Position numbers and translations under genes: made by a program
NCBI RefSeq assembly: GCF_006345805.1
Contig: NW_021832122.1
Location: 62,001-126,000 of the forward strand
Length of the DNA: 64,000 nt
DNA from: Octopus sinensis
Taxonomy: Eukaryota
Direction of reading: 5' to 3'
Shown here: piece after piece, positions 12,340-25,466 of the stretch
How positions within the stretch are numbered: position 1 is the first letter of the stretch
Layout: every line of letters starts with the position of its first letter
The notes under the pieces: model-generated
What the model was told of the DNA's origin: nothing
The model's input: only the letters and a program-made list of their open reading frames with translations
Databases searched by the model: none

Positions 12340-14770
12340 TTGGGACTATCTATCGTCACTTTTAATGTCAGGGGAATCTCCAATACATATAAAAGAAAAC
12401 AATTGTGAGAAGATTTTGAGAGATACAATGTATCATTCGGATGTATACAAGAAACGAAGGTCTTGGAAGGGGCTGATGAATCATATGGAAACTACCGTCT
12501 AATCCTACTTCCCAGCACATCGAAGCACTATGGGCAGGGATTCGCTGTCCATAAGAAATTGATAGAATCTGTGTTTTGCAAATAAAGACACGCGAAAAAG
12601 GAAAATTGAAGTGAATTATCTCTATTATTAATGTCTATGCTTCACATTCTGGTGATTGTTGTGAAAGACCCAGAAGTTTTAACCATATTCTACTCTGAGC
12701 TATCCAACGTCTACATTGAACTTGAATCCTCTTTTATAATATTCATTGCGGGTGATTTCAATGCCAAAGTTGGCACTCAAAAGGGATCAGAACAATTCAT
12801 AGGAAGACATGGACGCGGTATAAGAAACTTATCTGGGTGCTTCCTCCCGAATTTCTGTCTGTTATATGACTTATTTATATGTAATACTGCTTTTCAGCAC
12901 CCTGCACGTCACAAGACGACATGGACTGGTCGAAGGATGAATAGAACGGGAGAATCAATCTATATATACAATCTATATTGATTATATTCTCTGTCAATTG
13001 TTTTGGCTAGGATCAACATTAAAATGCATCTCGTGCGCTTAAAGAAGACTATACCCAAAAATTCTAGAAAAACCGAATATATGATTGGAAAGCTAAGCTT
13101 TAATCCACTTATTCGAGAAGCTTATAAACAACACATTGAATGTCTATTGAAAACCTGGACATGGCTCAGTCAAATCAAGACATTTGGAATAGTCTAATTA
13201 AAGGGATACATACGGCAGCGGATAAACATATCGGAAAGGAGATTGAAACTGGAGGAAAATTTATGAAAGCCTGCCATCCTGAAGTTCCAATAATATCCTT
13301 AAGGCAAAAAAATTTCAGGCTTAAATTACAAAATACTATTGACGCGACCAAAAAAAGATTTTAAAAACAGATTGTAATTCTTTGAAATGGCAAATAAAGA
13401 AACTAAACAATGAGCATATAAGAAATCTAATGAGGGCTAATATAAATGAAGTCGAAAACTTAAAAGATGGTGCACAAATGTTTGTAGCAGTCCGTCTGCT
13501 GAAAAACAAAAAACTCAGCTAAGGATACATGACTTTGAGGGAAGAACTATACTTGACCCTCAGGAACAGACAAAAGTCATCGCAAACCACTTTGAGAAGC
13601 AATTTAACACATTAAATAGATCTCTGGATGCTTTCGTCAGACCGCCAAGAGAATTATTAATTCCGATTACGTCTGAATAAGTGCAATCAGCAATTTTAAA
13701 ATTGAGGAACAGTCGATCTTCGGGACCCGATAACATTAACTCTGAACTACTGAAATACGGGTCATATATACTATTTGAAACCATTGCTAAATTGCTGAAC
13801 GATATGTTCACATTGAATACAGGGCAAAGCTGATTGCGGTGTTACAACGCTTTTTGAATGAAAGCTCGGTTAGGGTAATTAGATTGCTTCTCGCAAACAC
13901 TGAACTCAAACTAAGAATAAGAAGACACAAATCGATGAGTTTTGAAACGACACTGGGAACGCCTTAAGGAGACTCATTATCTCCATTTCTATTCGTAATA
14001 TACTTGGAGTCGGCCTTACGAGATCTAAGACCATACTACAAGGGTGGAACCGAGGAAACAATTTATACCGATGACGTGGACTTGATATCCGCAGATAAAT
14101 CCTCATTAATAGAACTTCTCGAACTTGCACCGGAGCAATTAAGAAAATGGTTCCTTTATGTAAACAAAAAAAACTGATCTTGTGGAAGTAACAAGATCAA
14201 ATGACAAAATCGATGAAAGATGGCGCCATGTACAAAAACTTGGCTCTCTTCTGGGAAACAGTGAGGATATTGCAAGGAGAAAAATCCTGGCATCTGCAGC
14301 AATGCACAAACCATGGAAAGAATGGCTATCATACGGATCAGCGATTGTTCAACTCCGGACAAGGCTTTACAATGTCTTTGTGAGACCCGTGTTAATGTAT
14401 AACTCCTCCACTTGGGGTTGCACAGATACGGAACTGACACGTTTTAACAGCTTCGACAGAGGACAATTGAGAAAACTGTTCAAAATGCAGTGGTTCTATG
14501 GAATATCACGGGAGTCGTTATACAGATTGAAAAAACTGTTCAAAATGCAGTGGCCCTATGGAATATCCCGGGAGTCGTTATACAGAAAGTGTTCTACAAG
14601 GTCACTTTGCATTGACATTGCTGAATCCCGCTGGAAGCTATTTGGACACATACTACGAATGGACCACTCCGCACCCGCAAATACGGTGATTAAGGATTAC
14701 TTCCAATGCGACAAACTACGGTTCCGGGGACGCTTACGCACTACGTTACCTGTCGTTTTGTCGTTCTGAT
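12340..14770 (+). mobile_element. Degraded RTE-clade LINE (APE endonuclease + RT), internally deleted
   Basis: IVTFNVRG, CIQET, AGDFNAKVG, TWTG, IDYIL (APE); SSGPDNINSELLKY, GDSLSPFLF, YTDDVDL, LYNVFVRPVLMY, RWKLFGHILR (RT). Many stops and frameshifts. Confidence 0.85.
14467..14586 (+). repeat. 60-bp tandem duplication inside the RTE element
   Basis: Lines 14461 and 14521 are nearly identical in register (KLFKMQWFYGISRESLYR / KLFKMQWPYGISRESLYR). Confidence 0.9.
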
Positions 14771-14809
14771 TTGTGTTGGTGTTTTAATAGATACAAGTTC
14801 GTATGTTTG

Positions 14810-17050
14810 TAGAAAAACTCGTCAGTATAATATTATGTATATATTATGTATGTAAATACGATCACTACAACTCCTAATAATGAAAAACGACCTTTTTGTT
14901 TGATATGCGAAAAGTCGTTTTCTAGCGAGGCTATGAAACCTTCTAGATTAAGTCAGCATTTAAGAAAAGTTCATTTATGGCATTCCTAAAACAACACGTA
15001 CCAACTGTACTGAGTATTCATTGTGTGATCCATCAGCAGCATTTAGTTGCTAAAAACATAACTGCTCGATTATATTCTTCTCTTAATACAGTTATTTTTT
15101 CTATTAACAAAATTAAATCAAACTCGCTGAATTCACGCTTTTTTACCAGCTTTGTGTCGATAATGATGAAGATTTTGTACGACTTTTAATGCATACAGAA
15201 GTAAAGTGGCTATCAAAGGGTGACTATTTGGGACGTATATTCTCTTTCTTCGACATTGTGGTTGAATTCCTCAAATCTTTGAACTCTCACCTTGGTCTAG
15301 AACTAGAATCTGTTAAACATGATGTTGCTTTATGTTGCTTATTTAGTAGACATTTTTGCTAAGTTTAATGTACTTAACGCAGAACTACAGTCCCGTCCAA
15401 ATGTCAGAAGCACCCTATTTTTTCCCTAAAAAAGGCACTTATTTGTCATTTTTTGAAAAAAGTTTTTTGTTAATAACAAACTATTGAATAAAAAATCTTA
15501 ACCTAAAATTTTTGAGCACATTTAGTTTATAATGTGTATTTACTAAGAAACTCAAAATAATACATCGTTCATATGTTAGAAGCACATTTCAATAACGTAA
15601 GACAAAATTATCCAAAAATTTAATATTTAGTCATTCCTCCATTATTTATGACTACCGAAGATATTCTTCTTGGAATTGACTCAAAAAGCTTAATAACCAG
15701 ACCTGTATCAATGTTTTTCCAGGCCTTCTTTGTTTCATTCCATAATTCTTGAATCGTTGATGCTCCACATTTTTAACTTCTTTTTTAAAATTGCCCATAG
15801 ATTTTCAATTATATTTAAGTCAGGAGATTGACTTGGCCATTTTTCCATGAGTTTTATGTTGTTTTCGGCCATAAACGCTCTAGTGGATTTTGATGTATGA
15901 CATGTTGCTCCATCTTGTTGAAGAAAATAATTTTCTTCATAAAAATTTTCAAATCCTTCTTTTATAACGCGTTGATATTCGGCGAAGTCGACTGTTTTTC
16001 GGCAAAGGACAATTGATCTTTGCCCATTGCTTTTAATTGCTCCCCATATCGTAATTGATAAAGGGAATTTCACAGTTTCAATTGAATATTCTTTCTGTAA
16101 TTTTGATCCAGGGGGTCTTCTTATGTATTGCCTAGACATCTGATTTAACTGGATCCGGCATTCATCAGAAAATATCACTAAATTCCAGTCGTCTTGATTC
16201 CACGGAATTTTAGTAAGACACCATGTATATCTTTTATCAACCTGAGATGCAGTCAATTTTGGTTTTTTCACTGCAATGCGTCCGAATAAATTGTTGCGTC
16301 TCAAAATTCGTTTAATTGTCGAAAGACTCACTTTTCCGGAAAAGTTACAGCATATAAGAAGATCGTTGGCTGTCATTTTTGGGTGTAATTTTGACATTCT
16401 GATAAGATAGCGTTCATCATTTTTGGTTAATTTTTTGTTCCTTCCCTTTTTTGGCATATCGTTATATAAATATCCGTGTAAAAATCGCTTTTTAATTTTT
16501 TGAATGGCACAACGAGAGATTCCCAAATCTTTGAATATTTTCACCTGAGATTCCCCACATTTTAATTTTTCGATGACGAGAAACCTGTTATAAGCTGATA
16601 CACGAGGCATTTGAATTTTTTATTAGAATTAATAATAATAAATTATAGAATTATTGCTTTTTACATAAGTGCCTCTAACATATGAGCGACCAATTATTTT
16701 TTGTTTTCAAGTTTGAGAATACTATCGGTCGAATATTTATAAAAACTTTGGAAATGTTTAATTTCCTTTAAAAACTTAATTTATTCTTTAAAATCTTTCG
16801 AAAAATAATAAATAAGTGCCTTTTTAGGGAAAAAATAGGGTGCCTCTAACATTTGGACGGGACTGTACAATTCGCAGATACTAACTTAATAAAGGTATTC
16901 GTTAATTTTTTTCATATTATTTTAATTTAGGCAAAGTCACTCATTGCTGCTCTTATTTCAATGTTATTTTTGTTTTTTAGAAATATTGGTAGAAAGGAGT
17001 TAAGTCAATTTCCACGTCTCGACAATCTTAAAAACCTACATAAGATCGAA
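14810..17050 (+). mobile_element. Buster/ZBED8-type hAT transposase remnant, internally deleted and split by a Tc1 insertion
   Basis: PFCLICEKSFSSEAMKPSRLSQHLRKVH; IHCVIHQQHLVAK; HTEVKWLSKG. Removing the Tc1 restores NAEL|QFADTNLIK, then a 36-nt intron (16895-16930) leads to AKSLIAALIS...NIGRKELSQFP. Confidence 0.8.
15388..16865 (-). mobile_element. Tc1-family transposon (IR/DR architecture, DD35E), near-intact
   Basis: TA TSD; TIRs CAGTCCCGTCCAAATGT... are nearly identical over ~57 bp; inner repeats ATGTTAGA(A/G)GCAC lie at ~15573 and ~16668. The ORF 16610-15620 encodes 329 aa if one A-run frameshift near 15770 is corrected. Confidence 0.95.
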
Positions 17051-17288
17051 TAGATCGATGCAGTCAGAAATTATAAACTTAGCATGAATGTAGTACACGA
17101 GTATAAATAGAAGTGAGCTTATTTAAAAAGAAATTTTTGCAACATAATGATTTTGGAGAGTTCATCCAACATTTAAAAGTTGTAACTTGGCTACATAAGA
17201 AACAATGTCAACATATTAAAATAAAATTATTCAGATAAGCAAAAAGATCAAAATTCATTTCATTTATAGAAATGTGGTCTTTGTAGAT

Positions 17289-20200
17289 TCAAAAATCTCT
17301 TCCTACAATGGGGGCTCTAAACCTCGACCTAGCCCGAATATAGGAAGCAGATGATAGTAGTGCTGAACATGTGCTACGACTCAATTTTGTAACATCCACT
17401 CCATCAATCTCAATCAATTCATCTCCAACTTGAAGCGAAGAACGACTAGCTATACTTCCATCGACAAGACATCTTATTATGTGAGGAGCACTCTGCCTTC
17501 CCCCTTGGAGGACAAGACCACAATTTTCTCCCTTACCCCCCAAAGTGACATCATAGATACCATCCCCAGAAACCAAATGAGATGTCTCATTTGTAGTTTT
17601 TTGAATTAATTTGGGAGATGATTTTTCTTTGTTTTTTGTTCTCACAAAAATATAAAGACTATTGGAATCATTTCCTCGTAACTTGACTGCAATGTCATCA
17701 CGACTCATAGAACAGCAGTCGACCCCATCAATAGCAAGAACATCCACATCATAAGGAACTCCTGCTTTGTATGCAGGAGAGGCCTCATTTACATTTACTA
17801 AACATAAAAATATACATATACCTATAGTTGGATAACTGTACCCATCTCCGATTATAGATAAACCAAAAGCCAGAAAACGATTTTGTCTTTGAATCAAAAA
17901 AGCACGACAATCAGCAAAATTTAAATCACGAATATCTGAATAAAAACTATGCAAAAACCAAATCGATGTCTAATAAGAGAAAGAGTAGCTGTACAACTCG
18001 GAATTGGAAAAAATCCATCAAAAGGGCACCCATTCACCGCAACAATAAAAGTAAGGGACCTGCGAATGAATGAGTTGATAGGAATCACGTCCCCCTCTAC
18101 AAACACTAAAACTCTAAAAAACGGAATTTATTAACCAATTGCAGGATGAGGAGAATTTTGCGGAATAACCAAATGAATTCCAATATCTTCAAAGGTGAAT
18201 CCAGTCAGGAAAGTATTTTTATCCAGGTTGAGAGTTACGTCAATCACTAAATCAGAGGAAAAGGAAGTTTTCGATAATGTACCTTAAAAATCATTAATTA
18301 TATACAGAAAACCACTAAAAGCGACCATCAAAGATAAAGATAGATTTGGATTCGACTCTAAAATGGCTCGTATAAGACCATCTGGAATCCCCGATAACGA
18401 AATATTATCAATAGCGACGACAGTAAGTCCCAATCTCACATTTGCGTAACAAGAGTCTGGACAATTCAATCGACCTTTAAAAGTTAATACACACGGAACT
18501 AATGATCGGGTAAGTCTGATTTTCAACTTGCGATAGTCCGAGACCAAAAGGAACCTCTGTGGACTCCCTTCGAATTCTACAGATCCTTCGATGGCCATCA
18601 AATTCTTGGAAATTAACAAAAACAAAAAAACCAATTGGATTTCGAATCAAATAAGCAAGACCACGGACAATTTGAATGTTTGTAGAAACCAATAATTTCA
18701 AAGAATTAATAATGTTTAAAGATTTCTCAAAAGACAAATCCAGCAGACTTTTCCCACCAATAGCCACTAGAAAGTCTCCGGGGCGAATGTCCGCCACAAC
18801 ACGGCCCACAGAATCATGGATAACCAACAAAGATTTCGACAAACCAACTCCATCACATGCCGATACTCGAATTCCAATGCCATTTGAGGTTTTGATCACG
18901 TTTCTGTTCAAAATAACAAATTTATTCTTATCCAATACAACACCCCGCGTGTTTAAAAAATGACGGATAATATCCTCTACCGATTATTACAAAAAAACCA
19001 GAAGTGACGAATTGATCCTCTTCCTCTTCATCATTAAAACTACACTTTGTTCTACAGAAGGAGGCACTCCATTTTGTAGACTTTTGGCAGCTTTTTTTTG
19101 TCAGAGTTGAGACTTGGGGTTGTCCGTCGGAATTGCCTTTGATAATATAAAAGAAATACATGTTGTCAATACCAACCGCAATTCAAGGCCACGGAATTCT
19201 TTTAAGTATGCGGAAATAAGACCGGGAGACAAATATGGGAGGAAGATTCCATTCATCGCGATAACTGCAGAATTGTCGGGGTGAGAAACGTTTGATGAAT
19301 CTAAAAAATCAAAATGTTCCATAAAAAACTTAATTTTGGAAATTTCCCATAACTTGATGTCACAATTGAGACCCCGAAAGTTGAGGATTTTATAGATCGA
19401 CTTGCAACAAACTCTACGGTGTCATAACAGTTGGCTAAGTGTTCTACGATTAATAACAGTAAACAAACTCGGAATTTCGCGTCTAAGAAAGAGAACAAGT
19501 CCACGTGAAAATTGAAACAGAATAGAAGTCAGGGATGCGTTTTGAACAAAATTAAGCACTTTTTGACCACATTCCATATTCAGAACAGATCTGCCCCCAA
19601 CAGCAACCAATACATCGCCTTTTAAATAAACTAAAATTTATAAAACCAATTTTTATCTGCAATTGTCCATTCACAGAGTCAACAATCCACATAGAAGAAG
19701 GAGACTCATCTAGTCTTGTCATGCAAAATGGAAGTTCATTTGGAGATAATTCAACAGAAATAAACTCGAAATTTTCCTCAATGCTAATTCCACGATATTT
19801 TAGAAAATAATCATCAATATCCTCTAAAAACTATTTTAACTTGTAACAACTTTGTTTAGCCACGTGATATTTTGGCCTCCTCCTTGCTTTTATACCAAAA
19901 ATTTTGCTAAAATATACTCACAGCTAAAACAACTCTTCATAAAGACCAGTAGAAGTGCATTTCCACCCAATCGGTATATCATTCCCTTGAAAATAAAAAA
20001 CTAATTAAAAACCTGAAATGTTGTTATTAAGGGTGAACCCTCTCACCACAACAAGGTTAGCTGTCAACAACTTTTTAAAAATCCGAAACAAATTCAATAA
20101 TTTCCCATCTTTGAGCCACAAAAGTGATTTGCTATTTACAGCAACGACAATATCGTCTGTTTAAATGAACTTTAAAATACTCATTTTTAATGGATGTTTT

Positions 20201-21301
20201 GGCAGATCAACCACAAGAATGGAACATTTTCCGATTCCATAAAGTCCAAATCCCCCACGAACAAATACGGAACCATCAACGTTATCCAATTGTACAACTT
20301 CAAACTCCTCGGCTCCAACGATAAGTGAATGAGACCACCAAAAATAATTATAAATTTCCCGTTTTGAAATCAAAGAAAAATTTTCAAAACTCTTTAATGA
20401 GGCTATAAACAAGAAGCTGCAATACAATCTACTTACAGGATAAAGTTGAGTCATGCAGCTCATATTCACTCTCCGCTGTGGTCGTGGAATTACTACTTGT
20501 CTGATAAAACAAATAAACCTCAAAAAAGACTCAGGCGGTACATCAACAGTAGATATTTTTCCACTTTGATCATCAAATTTAAGAAAACAGCTGCCTTTAG
20601 CTGGCATTGGCGTACCATAGTAGACTCCTTAAAATGACTAAGGAGCAGCAGACCGTTGTAAAGTGCCCATTCCAAAAATCCATTTTCAGAAATTAGCTTT
20701 GAGAAATATTTGAACGAAACAAAATGAAAATCGCTGTGATTTACTTCATTTTGCCTTCTTTTACGAGTTGTGTCTTTAAAAATAAAAGAATTAAGAGAAT
20801 TACAAGCTGTTGTGCGGAAATATAAATTTGAACGAACAATTGTTTGCAGATAACATAAATAGTTCGAAGAATTATAAACTTGCTGCAAAAATGAATAAAT
20901 ACCACTGAGATGGCAGGCTTGAAAATAAGCAAAAATAAACACATTTTTCTAGAAAGAGTATCTCTGTAGGGACAGAAGAGATAGACGACAGGAGGACATT
21001 CGCATCGGCCAAAGTAACACCAGAAAGTGCTTGGCCGTTTATCTCAAGGACAATTTGACCACAGACAAGATTATTTGTTGACTGGGCGACACGAATGAAT
21101 TCCCCATAGTCTGCTCCCCCGGTGATTTTTAACTCCCCGGGGGTTGCTATGAGATGTTTGATAACTAAATTTCGTTTTGTGAATAAACCTTCAGATTTTT
21201 TATTATTGGTTGAAGACTCTAGGAAAATTATAATTATGATTTCAACTATTTAAGTCGCAATTAGAAAATTCTTTATGATGTTCTAGAGTAGCACTGTCCA
21301 T
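17289..21301 (-). CDS. MAGI: MAGI-like scaffold: PDZ0 + guanylate-kinase-like domain + multiple PDZ domains
   Basis: GGADYG...IVLEINGQALSGVT (PDZ0); IVRSNLYFRTTAC|TTRKRRQNEVNHSDFHFVS...EWALYNGVYYGTP (GK); several GFGL/GIGI PDZ units. Exon boundaries are only partly resolved. Confidence 0.75.
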
Positions 21302-21650
21302 TAATACTAAAGATAAGTTATTGAATATTGAGAATTAACGAATCAATACTGTTATCATAAAATTAATGTTTATTTATGGTGAAAAATGGTTAAAAGCAGT
21401 GTAAAACATTATTAGAATGAATGAGCTTATTAGATAAAAGAAGTATAACCAAATTAATATCGACAAGGAAAAATGCGATAATCAAATAAGCTGAATAATG
21501 TATTTGACATTTGGTTATCCAATAATATTGATAATAAATGTTATATTTTCAATGTTTAAATTTAATACACTAATAAATAAAAATTAATTTTGTAAAAACT
21601 ATTATAAATATAATAATTAAAAGTATCTTAGCAATGATAGTTTTAAGTAA

Positions 21651-24451
21651 ATGAGTCAAGATAAAGTAATCAAATTATCAAAAAAAAATAATTCAAAAAA
21701 AAGTAAAAAGCAAGAGGAATTTTCAAACATTAAATCGAACTTGCCCAACGAAACTAAAATTTTGGGGATTCACATTCATAAATGCGACCGACTACGCGTT
21801 GATGTTAATATCAAAAGACCATTTGTCGTCGTCACAGTTGTAGACCAAGTTACGGGAACATATTTACAAAAAACTAATGAGTTAGAATCAATATATTGAT
21901 ATTATTAATTAATTTAGTGAAATAATCGCCACGAGTTATTATGAAAATATAAATGGAGCTATTGGAGGTATTCAGCCAGTAATTACTACACCGTTTGACC
22001 TTCAAGAAAAAAAGAATTTTTTATATTTTAAAATTTTAGATCATTCATTCCAATATGGGAAGACATAATAATTATTAATCAAAATATCGAACACTTTATA
22101 AACGAAGCGTCAAGAGTCATCATTTTTTTTGAAGTATACAAAAAATACATAAAATTAGATTCAAGATACTTTAAACTCACAAAGAGCATCTCTGTACAAT
22201 AGTCGTCTTTACAGAGTCGCATGGGCTTTTCTCAAGGTAAAATAAATTATTCACTATTCAGATACGTGGAAATAATGGCAACGTCAATGTCAATTCTCGA
22301 CATCGACTACAATTACACCGCTATCCAGACAAATGCCCTATTTATAGCCCACATTTGGATGTATTAAAATAAACTGAAATTAACAGATTTATAGCATATA
22401 TTTAAAACAAAAAAGAATTCGATATCCTTCAACCTTATACGTAACACTCAAAAGTCTCCAAATCCCCACGAATATGGAGCCCGCAATTCGTTCTACAAAT
22501 CCTTTCCAAAAGGAAATCACAAGCAAATCATTCATTAACATGATGACAAAATTAGTATCAAAATACAAACAAATCGAAGAAAATGAGTTAATAAAAAAAT
22601 ATAAATTTTTAGTAAAATTGAACAACTGAAATCAGAGTTTACTCAGTGGAGGAGACTGCCTAACGAAACCTGCAAAATCCCAAACACAATTCACCAAACC
22701 TTAGCTCCAGGAGTCCTGGGTTGCTCAATAGTTAAGTTTTCGCCTGACGGAAGGCTTGATTAATAAATTGAGTTTTTTAGAAGATTAGCCTGTGCCTGTG
22801 TCATCTCTCAAGACCAAAAATCGACTGTCCGAATATATAAAGTTTCGAATTATCTCTCAAATGCTTAGTTACCCTCTTTCAAGCTAAATTTGGAGTTTAC
22901 AGCACACTATCGTCTCATCCATGACATTTGCTGGTCTAGATCTGGGTCATTGATTGCTACTGGGTCTGCAGACGGCACATCAAAGTAAAAAAAACTGAAA
23001 GTAAATTTTCAAGAATTTGGAAATCAGATTCTGGAATTGAATGCATAGTATTACCCCATGCATCTTTTGTTTATTCAGTCGTTTTCTTAATTCCTGAGAG
23101 ATATTTGATTACGGGAGGATTTGACCGGTTTATCCACGTTTGGGACATTGAAGAAGGGACCGCAAAAGTAATTTTTTATCAAAACCTCTGTAGGAGCTGA
23201 CTTCCCTACCAGGACATCGAGGATATATAAACTCAATTTGTAGCTGTCAAAAAAATGGAGTCACTTTTATATATTCGGGAGATAGTGTTGGTGGACTTAT
23301 TGAATGGATATTTTATGGAAATGAAGGAAAAATGAAATTTAGTAGGTTTATTGTAAACGTGGAACTAAACTCAAATCCAATCAATTGCCTATCCATTCCT
23401 GAGGGTAATGCAAGTACAGGGAAGATAATAGTTTACACATGTGATGATTTTGTGAGAATGATCGACCTGAGATCGTTTTTTCCTGTCTATTTAATTTTTA
23501 TAGGAATTCTGTAATACAAAAATTTGTAGGAAACATCAATTCGAGAGAAAAATTAAACTGTTTGATAACGCCATGTACTAACCTGCTTTTGGCAGGATCT
23601 GAGAACGGGACTGTTTTAGCTTGGAATATAAAAACTGGTTTTTATATTTGAAAATATTCAAATCTAGCTGAGGTCGCTTCTATAATTCGACCAGCAAATA
23701 TTACTTGTTCTATCAAATACATAGACTATCATCCATATGATAACATGTTGGCAGTCTGCTCTAAAGATGAGCGATATCCTTTACAGATTTTGGTCTTTAA
23801 CCGGCAGGTGGAAGAAGTCTCAGAAATACCAACTAAGGAGAAATTAGAGTTTTTAATTTTTGTCATTTTAAAGCATTCCGCGGCGATCAAGTTACAACCA
23901 CCAAGCTAGACAACTTCGTCGCCTCAAAGAAATCGACAAAAAACTGGCCAGCGTTACTAAGGACAAAGTTAATCTAATCATTTAAAATTGACCAATTTAG
24001 ATAAATTTAGAAAGTTTTGACAATCCAATTGAACCTCATTTAATGTCTCCTCACAAACTGTCACCCAATGACTTATTAGTTCAGTCATCTAAATTTGATA
24101 CTCAAAGCTTTGAAGCCATGGCAGGTTTCCAACATGATAAAAATTGTTAGATTCTTCACTTCAAACAAGACTGAATATCACAAGTCAGGTTTATATTTAA
24201 AAAGTAATATATCAGACTGTAAATTTTGAACTACAAACAGAAAACAAAGATTCTACGGTTTTCCTAATAGTAATAAAATGTGATAGACCGGAGTGGCCAT
24301 TTGGTCTTACAAAGGACAACGATCGGACGAACTCACATTTGTACGTGGAGACAAAATCAACATTGTCCACAAAGACACGCCAGTGTGGTGGCTGGGAAGA
24401 CTAATAGACGGGACAGAAGGCTATTTTCCATCATCATATATTACACAATAA
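21651..24451 (+). CDS. AHI1: Jouberin (AHI1): N-terminal conserved domain, WD40 repeats, C-terminal SH3
   Basis: ILGIHIHKCDRL, RVAWAFLK, YPSTLYVTL, WD40 repeats (FSPDGRRLACAC, LPHASFVYS) and SH3 VAIWSYKGQRSDELTFVRGDKI...WWLG...EGYFPSSYI*. Confidence 0.9.
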
Positions 24452-24566
24452 CATAAAAAATTCATAAACATAATATTATTAGTCATCGCAAAATATAAAG
24501 CAGCATCAAGATATTCTGTAGGGTGACTAATATTCGTATGAATACACCGACAAACACGACTCCAAA

Positions 24567-25466
24567 CTACAAGTTATTGGATTCATCTGAAGTCCCTTTC
24601 GGCGGGACATTCCGCAATTTAGGAACGAATTGACAAGGAATTGGTGGATAATTTATAGCAGTCCCATTGGAAGGAGTATAATATCGCACATTTTTTAGCC
24701 TTGATTCAGTCTGATTGTGACCAAAAGAGTGATTCAAATTGTTTTCAGGGGAAAACATATTTCCAAGTTTTTGGCCAGATCGTAAAGCAGATAAAACCAC
24801 GTGAGTAGGATCCATGTTGTTAGATTGGAATCCCATTTCGAAAGGTCTCGGCTCATTCTGAACAACGTGTCCTCTAATCTGATCTTCATAAAATTTCGGA
24901 TTTCCAGGGACGCTAGGAAAACGAGGTCTTTGACTAAATTCATAGCGCATCGCAGGAGACGGTGAATTCATAATCCGCGGAACCGCGGAAAACCGTGAAT
25001 TCTGGTCATTCCAAATTTTTTGGTTTGGGTTTGAACTGAGTATCGGCGATTGTCGATGGAACCCGGGAGGATAGTTATGAGGAATGTAATAATATGACGG
25101 ATAAGGCATCTGTCGAGGAAAAGCAGGTTGTTGTAAAGGAAATGTCCTTTCGGCGTACTGACGGCGAAATTGAGGATGAAAATTTTGCCGAGGTACCAAA
25201 AAGTCCTTAGGAGGAGGTCTCCAGCGAGGATTCGGATAACAAGGAACTCTTTGACGAAATGGAGTTTGTGGAAGAAAGGCATGTTGGGCAAAGATTGGAC
25301 GATTGTCCATGATTTGGGCCACGTTGATTCGTTCATTGTCGATGATGATTTCCCGAATTCCGTTTTTTGAAAGGATTGGGAGAATTGCGATAAGTTTTTG
25401 TAGATCGAATTTGGAAATATTGAAACTAATAGTATTGTGGCTTGGGGGATCATCACTTTTTTTCAT
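24567..25466 (-). CDS. P/Q/F-rich low-complexity protein, tentatively NCOA6-like; 5' end unresolved
   Basis: 299-aa uninterrupted ORF. The N-terminal HNTISFNI...LSKNGIREIIIDNERINV resembles the NCOA6 motif WNSVRVTFNI...LRDLGILSVQIEGEGAINL. Confidence 0.45.
   Translation of the reverse strand: MKKSDDPPSHNTISFNISKFDLQKLIAILPILSKNGIREIIIDNERINVAQIMDNRPIFAQHAFLPQTPFRQRVPCYPNPRWRPPPKDFLVPRQNFHPQFRRQYAERTFPLQQPAFPRQMPYPSYYYIPHNYPPGFHRQSPILSSNPNQKIWNDQNSRFSAVPRIMNSPSPAMRYEFSQRPRFPSVPGNPKFYEDQIRGHVVQNEPRPFEMGFQSNNMDPTHVVLSALRSGQKLGNMFSPENNLNHSFGHNQTESRLKNVRYYTPSNGTAINYPPIPCQFVPKLRNVPPKGTSDESNNL

Noticed and set aside
24734-25456. ORFs 24734-24943, 24968-25456 and 25170-25370
   Set aside because: These are shadow frames of the 299-aa low-complexity ORF.
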